Shown: positions 12,801-18,277 of the stretch, piece by piece
How the letters are laid out: every line of letters starts with the position of its first letter
Numbering within the stretch: position 1 is the first letter of the stretch
Source of the DNA: a virus
Taxonomy: Duplodnaviria; Caudoviricetes
Reading direction: 5' to 3' (one strand)
Length of the DNA: 24,956 bases
Virus record (IMG/VR): IMGVR_UViG_3300025120_000505
Coordinates: 1-24,956 of that record
The notes under the pieces: model-generated
The model's database searches: none
What the model was told of the DNA's origin: nothing
The model's input: the letters and a program-made list of their open reading frames with translations, nothing else
Program-made: the position numbers and the translations under genes

Positions 12801-14412
12801 CTCGACACCATGCATTTAGATCAATGCAGGCTCTATTCATAAGCATATAGTCTTGTACTGTTGGAGCATCTGAAGTTGCATCGAATCCACCATCGTCAAA
12901 AGAAGTACTATCAAAAGGCACAGTCTCTGACTTTGTATATGTTTCTGGTGTAACAAAATTAGTTACAGGCAATAACTCTATTGCAGTACCCACTCCTTCT
13001 ACATAATATTCTATGTTTGCATAACTTGCTGGAACAACAGACCCAATAAAATTTATCTTTAATCCGTTTGAAAACACCACACCGTTTGGTGATGTATAGT
13101 TTGTTTGTCCAATAATATCATTGACATTTAAATCTTCACTGTTAGCTTCATCAACAACTCTTATTACACCAAAGTTTAGTTCGTCACTGGCATCTTGATA
13201 ATAAAGTATATCAAGGTTAGCAGTGATAAGAGGCTGACGTTGAAAGTCACCTTCTGCATCTTTGTACATAGTTGCATTAGCATATTCAGTACCATATTGT
13301 ATCTGTGTTTTGCTTAGGTTTGCAATATCTTGAACTTTTGTAAGTTCGATAAATGGACGAAGTGGATTGGCATAGTTGAAGTTAATTCTCCATTGTACAT
13401 AACGCTCTGGATTTGTTGCAATTGCAACGCTGTTGTCAAATGCTGCGTTAGGTATTCCTGGATCGTCTTGATCAAAGAGTGTGTCATCAAAAGGTGTAAA
13501 ATTTTCCCAACCTAAATCTGTATCAGTGGTTATTAGAAGTGTTCTATTTTGTAAATCTGTAATGCCATCTATTCCACCATTTGCCGCTAAGAATACATCA
13601 ACAAATTGGTTGTTTATATCGCTAAACTTCAGTGTATCTTCAACCAAGTCAGTGGCACCAATATCAGCAAGGGTAAAGAAAAAGTTCTGTGCAGTTTTTG
13701 CAGGAACATTAAACACAACGTTGCCAACATCGTCACCGTTGTTGCTGACACCAAGCACTTCTCTTGAACTTTGATTTGCCTGTTGTGGTAACACTCCGCT
13801 AGTACCTGGGACACTTTGTATCCAAAAATTTCTACCGCCGGTGTTTACATCAAATACGTAATTTCCTTCACGTACCAACGTTAGTGTTGGGAGGCTTCCT
13901 GCTTCTCCTGAAAAATTATAACCATTATTGTAAGTAACATCAAAAGTATCGGTTGATGGCACACCATTGGAAAACACATCAACACTGTTTGGTCCTGCTG
14001 GTACCCAATAGTACTGACCAAAATTAACAAACTTATCAAAGTCGATCATTGGATCAAAACTATAATGTTCACTTTCAAAAAGTCTATCATCACGTGTTAC
14101 ATTTGCATTTTGCATTTGCAAACTGTCAATAATGCCAGGGTATGTCATTGCATTTTCGACTACACTAGTATCTGTTTTAAGTTGTACAACTCCTGGCTCA
14201 AGTTGATAATCTGTTCTTGTTTGTGTTGGCTCAAGTACATAGTTGTCACTTGCAGCCACTCCTGGACCAATCTTACGCCCAATATAACCTTCAGTGGGTT
14301 TTAGTTTTGGGTTTTGTGTAAGTTGATCAAGTGTACTTCTTAGAAGTTGCTTGTTAGCTGGTGTTTGAAATATTTCTGGTAAGAAATCTTCTGAGCGTAT
14401 TTTGTTGGCCAT
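847..14412 (-). CDS. Giant modular baseplate protein (4521 aa), positional equivalent of wedge protein gp7
   Basis: Uninterrupted 13.6-kb ORF starting 3 nt after the stop of the gp6-like gene, with GGAG at 14427-14424. Rich in T/S/N/V/D. Contains FG-GAP repeats, repeated beta-sandwich modules, NGGTGY/PGSGY repeats, CBM-like motifs and a YIKEVKPYH motif reminiscent of the 'KPxH' signature of gp7/P2 gpI-type wedge proteins. Confidence 0.8.
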   Translation of the reverse strand: MANKIRSEDFLPEIFQTPANKQLLRSTLDQLTQNPKLKPTEGYIGRKIGPGVAASDNYVLEPTQTRTDYQLEPGVVQLKTDTSVVENAMTYPGIIDSLQMQNANVTRDDRLFESEHYSFDPMIDFDKFVNFGQYYWVPAGPNSVDVFSNGVPSTDTFDVTYNNGYNFSGEAGSLPTLTLVREGNYVFDVNTGGRNFWIQSVPGTSGVLPQQANQSSREVLGVSNNGDDVGNVVFNVPAKTAQNFFFTLADIGATDLVEDTLKFSDINNQFVDVFLAANGGIDGITDLQNRTLLITTDTDLGWENFTPFDDTLFDQDDPGIPNAAFDNSVAIATNPERYVQWRINFNYANPLRPFIELTKVQDIANLSKTQIQYGTEYANATMYKDAEGDFQRQPLITANLDILYYQDASDELNFGVIRVVDEANSEDLNVNDIIGQTNYTSPNGVVFSNGLKINFIGSVVPASYANIEYYVEGVGTAIELLPVTNFVTPETYTKSETVPFDSTSFDDGGFDATSDAPTVQDYMLMNRACIDLNAWCRGNRWFHVDVLTASAIYNNTVLTFDNDARAKRPILEFKKNLKLFNYGTLSTTPVDIIDFAETDAFSNINGTAGYAVDGYSFIDGSRVIFNADLDPEVRNKIYTVKFVNLGAGDVIDLQPASLTVPDVVTNTVVVILSGQLQQGKAYWYNGTTWVSAQQKTDTNQAPLFDIFDASGYSLSDSTVYPSSTFSGTKIFSYAIGSGVTDSIIEQPLKYLTIANVGDIVFDNNLYLDKFVYVSGTVSKTENIDKGFVRQYNTISTFDKLIGWQTSFTTSVQRQSFSFDFTGDPLVLDIEVISNTSLVPVKVFVEGQFVLPSTYTYATNSAGVTEITFNANVVGQPQTFPATGTVIEAQVISNSASSIGFYTIPDNLESNAMNENSESFTLGTIRTHYESICQNLSDFAGKIHGANNIHDLGNIVPYGELILQQSAPLTLTTPFINERQFDYFRALTYNSNEYNKTKNKILDYVASNDWENKTSAQILDDTLLAINAGKTALTPFYWTDAIPSGNVFETTSYTVSPITSYTFDTLYSYDFTSANYKGLLVYITPKATGVQTQLVADGHDYTVATDGPRIIINSEAVTLVNGDIIAIREYQDTYGSYVPATPTMLGLYQVYKPQMFLDNTYVTPTNVIQGHDGSLTIAFEAGDYRNNVLLEFEKRCFNNIKLSIDEKYNPPLQAVDVIPGQFRTTDYTLTEVNNILNTSFLAWVGEQRVPYKDQTYDADNGFTWNYSQSANRLSGQPLLGFWRGIYFQLYDTDAPDTRPWEMVGLSIKPTWWNITYGPAPYTSGNTVLWQDMADGKIAYPTGDVIKTQYIRPQLLDCLPTDSQGNLVDPMISIVGSYDINSFKKSWVAGDDAPTQTAWRRSSYYPFAIQRLLALTKPAKYFSWFADRDLWKYDTAIQQRLYNKRFRINATEIQVYGDGTPKHSYINFIVDYNRISGLDSTTLLTNRLANLDIRLCYRMAAFSDQGYLKIFSEKSSPNSLNSSLLLPDESFQLSLYKNPSFNEIQYSAVIVQRTVTGWSVAGYSTAKPYFNISKSTAAGTFATFTVNGFTARVPQTFSNDVVQVPYGYEFTSQAAVVDFLVSYGQLLEKQGLTFDSTENDLIINWTQMAQEFIYWAGQSWTVGSVINLNPAANVLKLSQPFSVVESLVNENINDILLNQNFQPVFGEDYAVERLDNELKLIGLNNNAFSYLLARFTSYEHIIVFDNTSIFNDLMYNPVTGARQNRLLLNGFTVYDWNGTLDAQGFILNQDNIKEWEPNVAYTKGQIVEYKNSYWSATTILPPSATFVFTDWIKSDYNRIQKGLLPNLATKADELQDNYNIHTANLEGDSTLLGLGLIGFRPRQYMQNLNLDDISQAGLYSSFLGTKGTITAAETFTSANLGKETAEYDIFENWAIQRGLYGANANRSYFELQLDESKLLSNPSTIAVVNPQQVSQAQQTVLVDNIYKQSYNIINNNILPTIGSIPEDVGLPIAGYVNYDDVSLKVFDYDDLTNVVNDLDNIVVGTNIWVAKANSYDWNIYRVNLVNSTLTTVIDNLNETSTFTFNVPHGLVVGQRLIIKFFNADVDGAYIVQTVPGLKTLTVNLSLPEGITTITNGDGRCFTLESVRVAQPSDIPGLSFSTSLTTGNQVWVDDNGAGNWQVLEKQNPFGTATEIQATLPIINDLFGTTIAQGMNNQGLLVGATGYASAIGGVYAFNKNDTGIYLEKTVLSPDASLSFLGFGFSSDAGNTEWAIVGAPASDSNKGYATAINRTASDGSFALYQNFNTGTNDADKFGYSVAVSADERWMYVSAPADNKVYAYNKVNVQEQRLDFIGSGTNSDFVIQPTIQVSASVATAQTQIAVTRNNVAQTAGSDYTVSLSAGLQQVNFTTPPNENDDIVIVRRLSQTYFPTISTTNFSFSTLFTASDIYSMTVIVDGKLLRPFFDYSVVGTNIVLTSAISTGSLTINAKTHWDFVNTFTATGLGVTDQFGYDISTTTDGRQILVGTPDATIGTNALAGESYIIDRSVERFQVSNATTVAYTTSVTPTTPVSVTLNGTYLIPTGNANNAQFSVAGSVITIGTTLNPVSLTVGDIIEVETNSFSTLQRFNSVLNGGNYFFGRAVDMCSTNCSAYIAMPNDSVVQTEAGSVERWINQSRLFGTITGTVTNPVLTATDSIRINNYYVTLTGTTVASLVTDITTANIPNITAFSVSGALQLTLVDVSAGEQFIKLQVAPGTGTAFADLGLTPWIYSQTITAPSPQTYAHFGTSLNISDDANTLVIGSPDATAFLPTTFDTSTTNFDSGSTNLLDPLEESGVAFTYDYLNAANASATNTGKFVYGQQIFDTTLTSLDKFGSSVSYVGGVLLVGAPNDDLNDSSGDFGRVIQLVNANEEASWKAKYTETPVVNAALLNSVFTYNKLSNTVTSYLDFIDPIQGKILGAARANIDYQGGLDPAAYNTGTVNNYGSQWRDEHLGEIWWNLSTVRFINYNQDDIAFRSRRWGQLFDGSSVDIYQWIESTVTPANYAGEGTVFSTTSYTTTTSLDSAGTFVTTYYYWVKGLTAVSPNKTLSSSGITQYINNPRSSGISYCAAIAPNEITLYNSKDLISATDTILHIEFDKIENDDNVHSEYDLITVGDANSFLGTQLYRKFLDSFCGADTIGNLVPDVTLSTADSYGVSFRPRQSLFTNRYLALQNYLIRANNIMKLYTLSESKSFALLNSEEPEPTTASGAWDKRLLTYAELTYQDLRQVPVGYKYLVASDVNNEGLWTIYTVEASETLLLSRVQTYKTDLYWSYVDWNGVNADGSIYSSANSSSYEVTVYSDLLALSNVINGEWATVKANSNGKQEVYQYSTVTTEWTRVFLEDGTIAIDSTIWDYSVGNFGFDVEVFDAQRFDQAPVTETRQILEALNTQIFTNELQFRRNELLILAFEFIMSEQPAPDWLFKTSLIDVNHKIRDLIEYPIFKRDNQDFVSEYIKEVKPYHVQIREFNLRYEGEDTYNGSVTDFDLPAYYDSLRKQFVSPILDDSANPKSLSAVPSTDPIWQTFPWSQWYQNYKLTISSVTIVNGGTGYSIAPQVVVTGDAITQATMSATVNTAGIVTGITLLSPGSGYITTPTITISGGNGSDATAVAVLETQKVRDFTTTIAYNRITYSSQVIDWTANTAFTASQLVRFPVPTVGIVNVALPKVYKVIANFTSGNSFDPEKYTIVDASTLDAADRTMGLYNPGPNEPGRELAQVMTGIDYPGVQVDAPDFDQNTGFDIGNYDINRFDNISFGPEGLPTYDPEILDVIYESAFTDTYLGTRSTDINVEGGAFIDTYSSHAPEELVPGSEFDTLDLKVFTRPGSDWANDGHGFEISSISDVFTATGISIVFNNLIEHPVEVIVINSTTRRVLPPTAYTINWVDKKVIVSTDADASIGDTISVEVYGLGGGSQLFKESFVGDNITNSTQDINVAFSEINEIVIFINGALSTAYTFAANGSYATTITFDTQPTNTQTVTIVALGATTPIQYSWSTSVAEYFNYDGSTAIYPLTNSLQGTNIANMIVDRAGFRLRPPEGIEYTGDGSSLGPYYLSTTAKTNQALISTADLLVYVDNVKQNVSVNWTLSPYDGSSDRYVEFNTQSLPAAGSQIQIFTTTDSDYTIVNASDINLRVSAVFDALFDVTTFNDTSQQNIMTKVYVGPTTQGITTGVAYDEDAYDASEFDKTVGSTIDTNNFALGRQVTANARLIVTLNGEYLRPSIDFTVTTSSQLSTLRLNLSILNDADVLVVTMFTNSVVPNSLNFRLFQDMLGNQKLLKLNTTNTTKLSVDVAVNDDTIYVADVSKLSEPNLEQGIFGQIIIGGERITYRNRNLGANSVSGLRRGTAGTGVYTHSTDDTVSDVGAGEQLPTTYQQATATDSTVGDGVTKIYTTTITIPTLLDSTELADAITVTVGGTVLVPDTDYTITESSLTSTEITFTTAPASGSTITFSQITATVMYAQGTNTASNGIALQDQTTRAALFLKS
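5701..7815 (-). repeat. Seven FG-GAP-like protein repeats (beta-propeller) within the giant ORF
   Basis: FG dipeptides begin at minus-strand nt 7806, 7641, 7479, 6894, 6507, 6066 and 5802. Each is followed about 13-17 aa later by VGAT, VGAP, VSAP, VGTP, IAMP, IGSP and VGAP respectively. Confidence 0.8.
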
Positions 14413-14415
14413 AGT

Positions 14416-17400
14416 TTAAACTACTCCACTATTTGGTGCAGTTCTAAGTTGGCTGCTGGTCAACGCATCTATTACTTCAACGTCGTTTACAGTTGCCGCG
14501 TTAGCGAATATTTCATTTGCTTGAGAACGTATTTCGTACAAATCACCAAATGATTTAAGAGGATTTGTTGGCACAAGTACAACAGTGCTTATAATACTTC
14601 CAAGTTGATCATGCAAATATGAACTTAATTCACTAAAGAAAAATGTATCACCAAAGTCCCAATTGTCAATTGTAAAGTATGTGTTTATAGCATTAATTAC
14701 TTGACTCTTTATTTCACTTGTACTAACTGTGCTTGTTGCATTTTTCACACACTTGATAGTTGCTCTCAATTCAGTTGCGGCCTTTGTACCAAATAAAGGT
14801 TTAAATGTCAGACTGTTCAAAATCATATTATCACTGATCATTTTATACTGATTGAGCGTACTATAAGAAGTTGTAAGTTCCTCAATTGTTGGACGAGCAG
14901 GTTCTTTCACTGCACCTGTAGTGTCTCTAATATAATTTTGATATGCAGTATAATAAGATTGAGTGAGTAGATAAATGTCAATTATATTGGTTGTTCCTGG
15001 GTCAATGCGTCTGCTCAGTGGAGCATTATGTCTGTATTGAAAGTTCAAGTCTTGACGACCTACAAAGGTTTGATATCCTGATACTTCAGCAATTGTCCTC
15101 ACACCATCGTACGCAACGTTTAGCTTGTAAAACTTTTTATCAGTGTATGCATAAAAAACCTGTGCGTCATTGTATTCGCTTTTAACCAATTCAATAGCAT
15201 CTTTTGTGGGTAATGTGCCGTTTATAATACCGCTGGCTAGTGGAGTGTATCTTTCAAGATTGTCAAAATCAATTGTCTGTTGTAGATAGATTCTTTTGCT
15301 ATTTGGATTCGTATCCGGTGCAACCAATGTTTCAAAGTAATCTGGATTATCTGGAACTCCATCGTTGTCTGAATCTTTGTATGAAATCCTTATTCTAAAG
15401 TCGTCAATAAAACCATCTGATTCAACTGGTTGTCCAACTATATCCAATATCTCATCGCTATTCAGTGGTGTACTTACATCCGGAGCGTTGTTTGTCTTTA
15501 GTACATTGATAAAATCGTTAATAACTTTTCCAGTTTTTGGATCATAGACTTTCTGTGTTCCATCATAAAAGAATCGCGTTTCTAATACACTTGCCCAGTA
15601 TCTATCTAAACTCCTTGAACTGACAGTATATGTAACACCGTCAGTTTGAAAATCAACTAACCAACTATTATCTAAACCTGTTCCGCTTGTATTCTGTGCA
15701 TTTATTAAACTAAAAGTAACACTACTATCAAGGTTACTCGCAGTGATTACATACCAAACTTGGTTTAGGTTATCGTACCCAAGTCCAAAGTTTCTGAAAA
15801 GTTCAATATTTTCTCTCATGGTAGTTTCAATAGCAGTTGGCAAATCTGTAACAAAATTTACAATCACCTGTGTTGGCACTGCCAGTGATGGTATAAAATT
15901 ATTTAATGTAACTGGTCCTGTGCCGTCTGCATTGTTACCAACACCAAAATTTGTGCCATCAAGTTCTAATGCAGTAACAGTTGCCCACAGTTCAGTCTTA
16001 TCACCAGGTAATGTTGCTGACCCAACTTTTAGTCTGTTCAAATTATTAAAAACAAACCCAGCAGGTGGAACAAATTTAATTAATCCACCTTTTGCAATAT
16101 ACTTTTTATTATCACTTGCTTGTGGACCAACTGGTGCTGGTGCACCACTTGCAACAAATTTAAAAAAACCTGTTGTTTCGTTGTTTGCAGTCGTACTTTG
16201 GGACCATTCTAAATTAAGTGTAGTTAAACTTGGTCTAAGAAAGTTTTCGTAATAAAACTCCTGCATTCCCCTACTAGAAAGCACAGGCTCGACTTCATTT
16301 ATAATAACATCTGTTATGTCGTTTTGATCTACAAAAGTAAATGTAAAACTTGGTACTTCGGTGTTTTCATACAACATTCCATCAGATGCAAAAACGTTTG
16401 TACTTGAGTATTTTCCAGTGATATCGACTAGATCCAAGTACCTACTAGTACCAATAGAGCTACGGTTAACTGCCTTGGACTTGATTATAGTTGAATAAAG
16501 AGTATATGGAAAATTATTGTAGTCCTCACCATTAACCATTCTATTTTGTGTATAATATCTTGCAGGAGCTCTTTGCTTGATGTCATTTATATTTTCTCTA
16601 CTAGCCGCATTGCTTACTGGTTGCGACAACGCACAAGTAAAAGTTAGTGTTTCATTTCTGCCTGTTTTTGACACGTAACCTATACTAAGAGTTACATTTT
16701 GCATTTCGTCAGGATTGATAATGTAATTTAAACCGTTTGAAGAGCGTACATAAGTTCGAAAAGTTCCTACAGGTATACTGCTAAACACTCCGTCACCAAA
16801 GTTAAGATCAATTTGGTCATTTGTTCTCGAAGTGATAGTAAAATATCTACGTTGATCCGGAGTAAGCTCTTCAGTTGCACCTGCATAGATGTTTTCAACC
16901 TTTTCCCATTGGTTCTCAATTATATTTTGTGCGTTTAATTGGTACAACCATGTATCTTCATTGTTGATTCCTTCGATGTTGACATTAACAACTCTGTTGC
17001 TTATTCTTTCACCAAGATTAAACTGTTGATCTTGTAAACTACCTTGTTTGAAGTAAAAGAAATAACCAGTGTTTGCACTGGCATAACCTTGTTTGTCATT
17101 TCGGTAGAGTATATTCAGTGCTCCGTTTGGTGCTGGTGCTGGTTCATACAAGTATGTTTCATCTAAACTTGTTGCACTTACTGCTTCAAATACCATGTTA
17201 GTACCATTTACTACTTGAGAGAAAGGTATTACAGGTAAGAATCCTTGTATTAAGTTTAATGTGTATTCGTCTGTTTGTACACCAAGTAATGTTTGCGAAT
17301 TACCAGGTCGTCCAAATCTTTGGCTTCCACTAAGTGCGGCATTAACAATTACTGTAAACTGTTCTAGCCAGTTTGCATTTGTTGTGTCGTTCCAGTTTAC

Positions 17401-17823
17401 TGTAATATTAGATAGGTTAACACCAGTAAAGTCGATTACGCCTTCTGTGGTACTGATACTTTGTACTTTGATAAAACCTTCTGCTGCAGTATTACGCTTT
17501 GGAGTGTAACTTACAAGTTCAGCAAGACGTACTACGCTGTCTCGTCGTTCAGCAGTATCAATAAAGTTCTCTCTGGTGTTTAAATCATTTCTAAAACTAC
17601 CTGCTTGTCCCATGAACGCCATAACATCTAGTAAAGCAACGAATTCACTTGATTCTATGTAGTCATTGAAACTTTCTGGGTAATACAGACGAATGTAGTC
17701 TATAAAGCTCTTACGTAATGTTTCAAAGTCGTAACTCTGAAAGTCTGCTTCACGATAAGTTTGGTAGATTCTCTTCCAATCTTCAACACCAAATATACTG
17801 GTTTGTCTTGTAGTTTTAGCCAT
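14416..17823 (-). CDS. Baseplate wedge subunit, T4 gp6 / baseplate J-like (1135 aa)
   Basis: N-terminal YDFETLRKSFIDYIR..FNDYIESSEFVALLDVMA..RENFIDTAERRDSVVRLAELVSYTPKR, internal FGDGVF and ENINDIKQRAP..QNRMVNGEDY, and C-terminal WDFGDTFFFSELSSYLH are gp6-family hallmarks. Directly follows the gp25-like gene. SD TAAGGA at 17838-17833. Confidence 0.9.
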   Translation of the reverse strand: MAKTTRQTSIFGVEDWKRIYQTYREADFQSYDFETLRKSFIDYIRLYYPESFNDYIESSEFVALLDVMAFMGQAGSFRNDLNTRENFIDTAERRDSVVRLAELVSYTPKRNTAAEGFIKVQSISTTEGVIDFTGVNLSNITVNWNDTTNANWLEQFTVIVNAALSGSQRFGRPGNSQTLLGVQTDEYTLNLIQGFLPVIPFSQVVNGTNMVFEAVSATSLDETYLYEPAPAPNGALNILYRNDKQGYASANTGYFFYFKQGSLQDQQFNLGERISNRVVNVNIEGINNEDTWLYQLNAQNIIENQWEKVENIYAGATEELTPDQRRYFTITSRTNDQIDLNFGDGVFSSIPVGTFRTYVRSSNGLNYIINPDEMQNVTLSIGYVSKTGRNETLTFTCALSQPVSNAASRENINDIKQRAPARYYTQNRMVNGEDYNNFPYTLYSTIIKSKAVNRSSIGTSRYLDLVDITGKYSSTNVFASDGMLYENTEVPSFTFTFVDQNDITDVIINEVEPVLSSRGMQEFYYENFLRPSLTTLNLEWSQSTTANNETTGFFKFVASGAPAPVGPQASDNKKYIAKGGLIKFVPPAGFVFNNLNRLKVGSATLPGDKTELWATVTALELDGTNFGVGNNADGTGPVTLNNFIPSLAVPTQVIVNFVTDLPTAIETTMRENIELFRNFGLGYDNLNQVWYVITASNLDSSVTFSLINAQNTSGTGLDNSWLVDFQTDGVTYTVSSRSLDRYWASVLETRFFYDGTQKVYDPKTGKVINDFINVLKTNNAPDVSTPLNSDEILDIVGQPVESDGFIDDFRIRISYKDSDNDGVPDNPDYFETLVAPDTNPNSKRIYLQQTIDFDNLERYTPLASGIINGTLPTKDAIELVKSEYNDAQVFYAYTDKKFYKLNVAYDGVRTIAEVSGYQTFVGRQDLNFQYRHNAPLSRRIDPGTTNIIDIYLLTQSYYTAYQNYIRDTTGAVKEPARPTIEELTTSYSTLNQYKMISDNMILNSLTFKPLFGTKAATELRATIKCVKNATSTVSTSEIKSQVINAINTYFTIDNWDFGDTFFFSELSSYLHDQLGSIISTVVLVPTNPLKSFGDLYEIRSQANEIFANAATVNDVEVIDALTSSQLRTAPNSGVV

Positions 17824-17841
17824 GTGTATCTATCCTTACCT

Positions 17842-17850
17842 TGTATTTAT
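17842..17850 (-). promoter_or_regulatory. T4-like late promoter (ATAAATACA)
   Basis: The minus strand reads C-ATAAATACA-AGG-TAAGGA-TAGATACAC-ATG: promoter, then SD, then the start of the gp6-like gene. Confidence 0.7.
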
Positions 17851-17851
17851 G

Positions 17852-17875
17852 AACAAAATAAACTGGGTAGTTTAT
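17852..17875 (-). terminator. Weak intrinsic terminator or processing hairpin after the gp25-like gene
   Basis: Perfect 7-bp inverted repeat ATAAACT-ACCC-AGTTTAT (17875-17858), 1 nt after the TAG, followed by TTTGTT. The stem is AT-rich and therefore weak. Confidence 0.35.
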
Positions 17876-17876
17876 A

Positions 17877-18257
17877 CTACACGTCTGAGAAGGAGGCTCG
17901 CATTGTTTGATTGTTAAAGAATATGTTTAAAAGTTCACCTTGTTGCCCACTAACTGTATCAACCTCAAGTTCGATCAAGATTCCGTTTTCTTGTGGAAAC
18001 ACATTTATATCTGACAATTGTATTCGTGGGTCTTGTGCAATCACACGTTGTATTTCTTTGATAATTGCTTTGTTTGTTGGCTCGCCTTGTGGTTCAAACA
18101 TAAGTGTAAACATTGTTGTGCCAACATTAGGACGCCCGGGCATTTCACCTTGACGTATGGTCAATGCATTTAACAAATCACGCTTGATTAAATTAAAATC
18201 AGTGACTGTATAATTCTTGTACTTGTCAATAGTACTATATCCGATAAACGTGGCCAT
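17877..18257 (-). CDS. Baseplate wedge/sheath-initiator protein, gp25-like (126 aa)
   Basis: DFNLIKRDLLNALTIRQGEMPGRPNVGTTMFTLMFEP...IQRVIAQDPRI matches the gp25/GPW pattern (T..GER...P.FG......LFEP....EPR). Size and position between spike and gp6-like genes fit. Confidence 0.9.
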   Translation of the reverse strand: MATFIGYSTIDKYKNYTVTDFNLIKRDLLNALTIRQGEMPGRPNVGTTMFTLMFEPQGEPTNKAIIKEIQRVIAQDPRIQLSDINVFPQENGILIELEVDTVSGQQGELLNIFFNNQTMRASFSDV

Positions 18258-18259
18258 AC

Positions 18260-18267
18260 TGTATTTA
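18260..18267 (-). promoter_or_regulatory. T4-like late promoter (TAAATACA) abutting the start codon
   Basis: The minus strand reads C-TAAATA-CAGT-ATG in a 20-nt intergenic gap. Confidence 0.65.
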
Positions 18268-18277
18268 GTTTCCTAAA

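Noticed and set aside
847-14412. Intein, intron or diversity-generating-retroelement target in the giant ORF
   Set aside because: I saw no intein splice motifs or LAGLIDADG/HNH sequence, no frame break, no near-identical nucleotide repeat pair and no reverse transcriptase in the window. The repeats are divergent and at protein level only.
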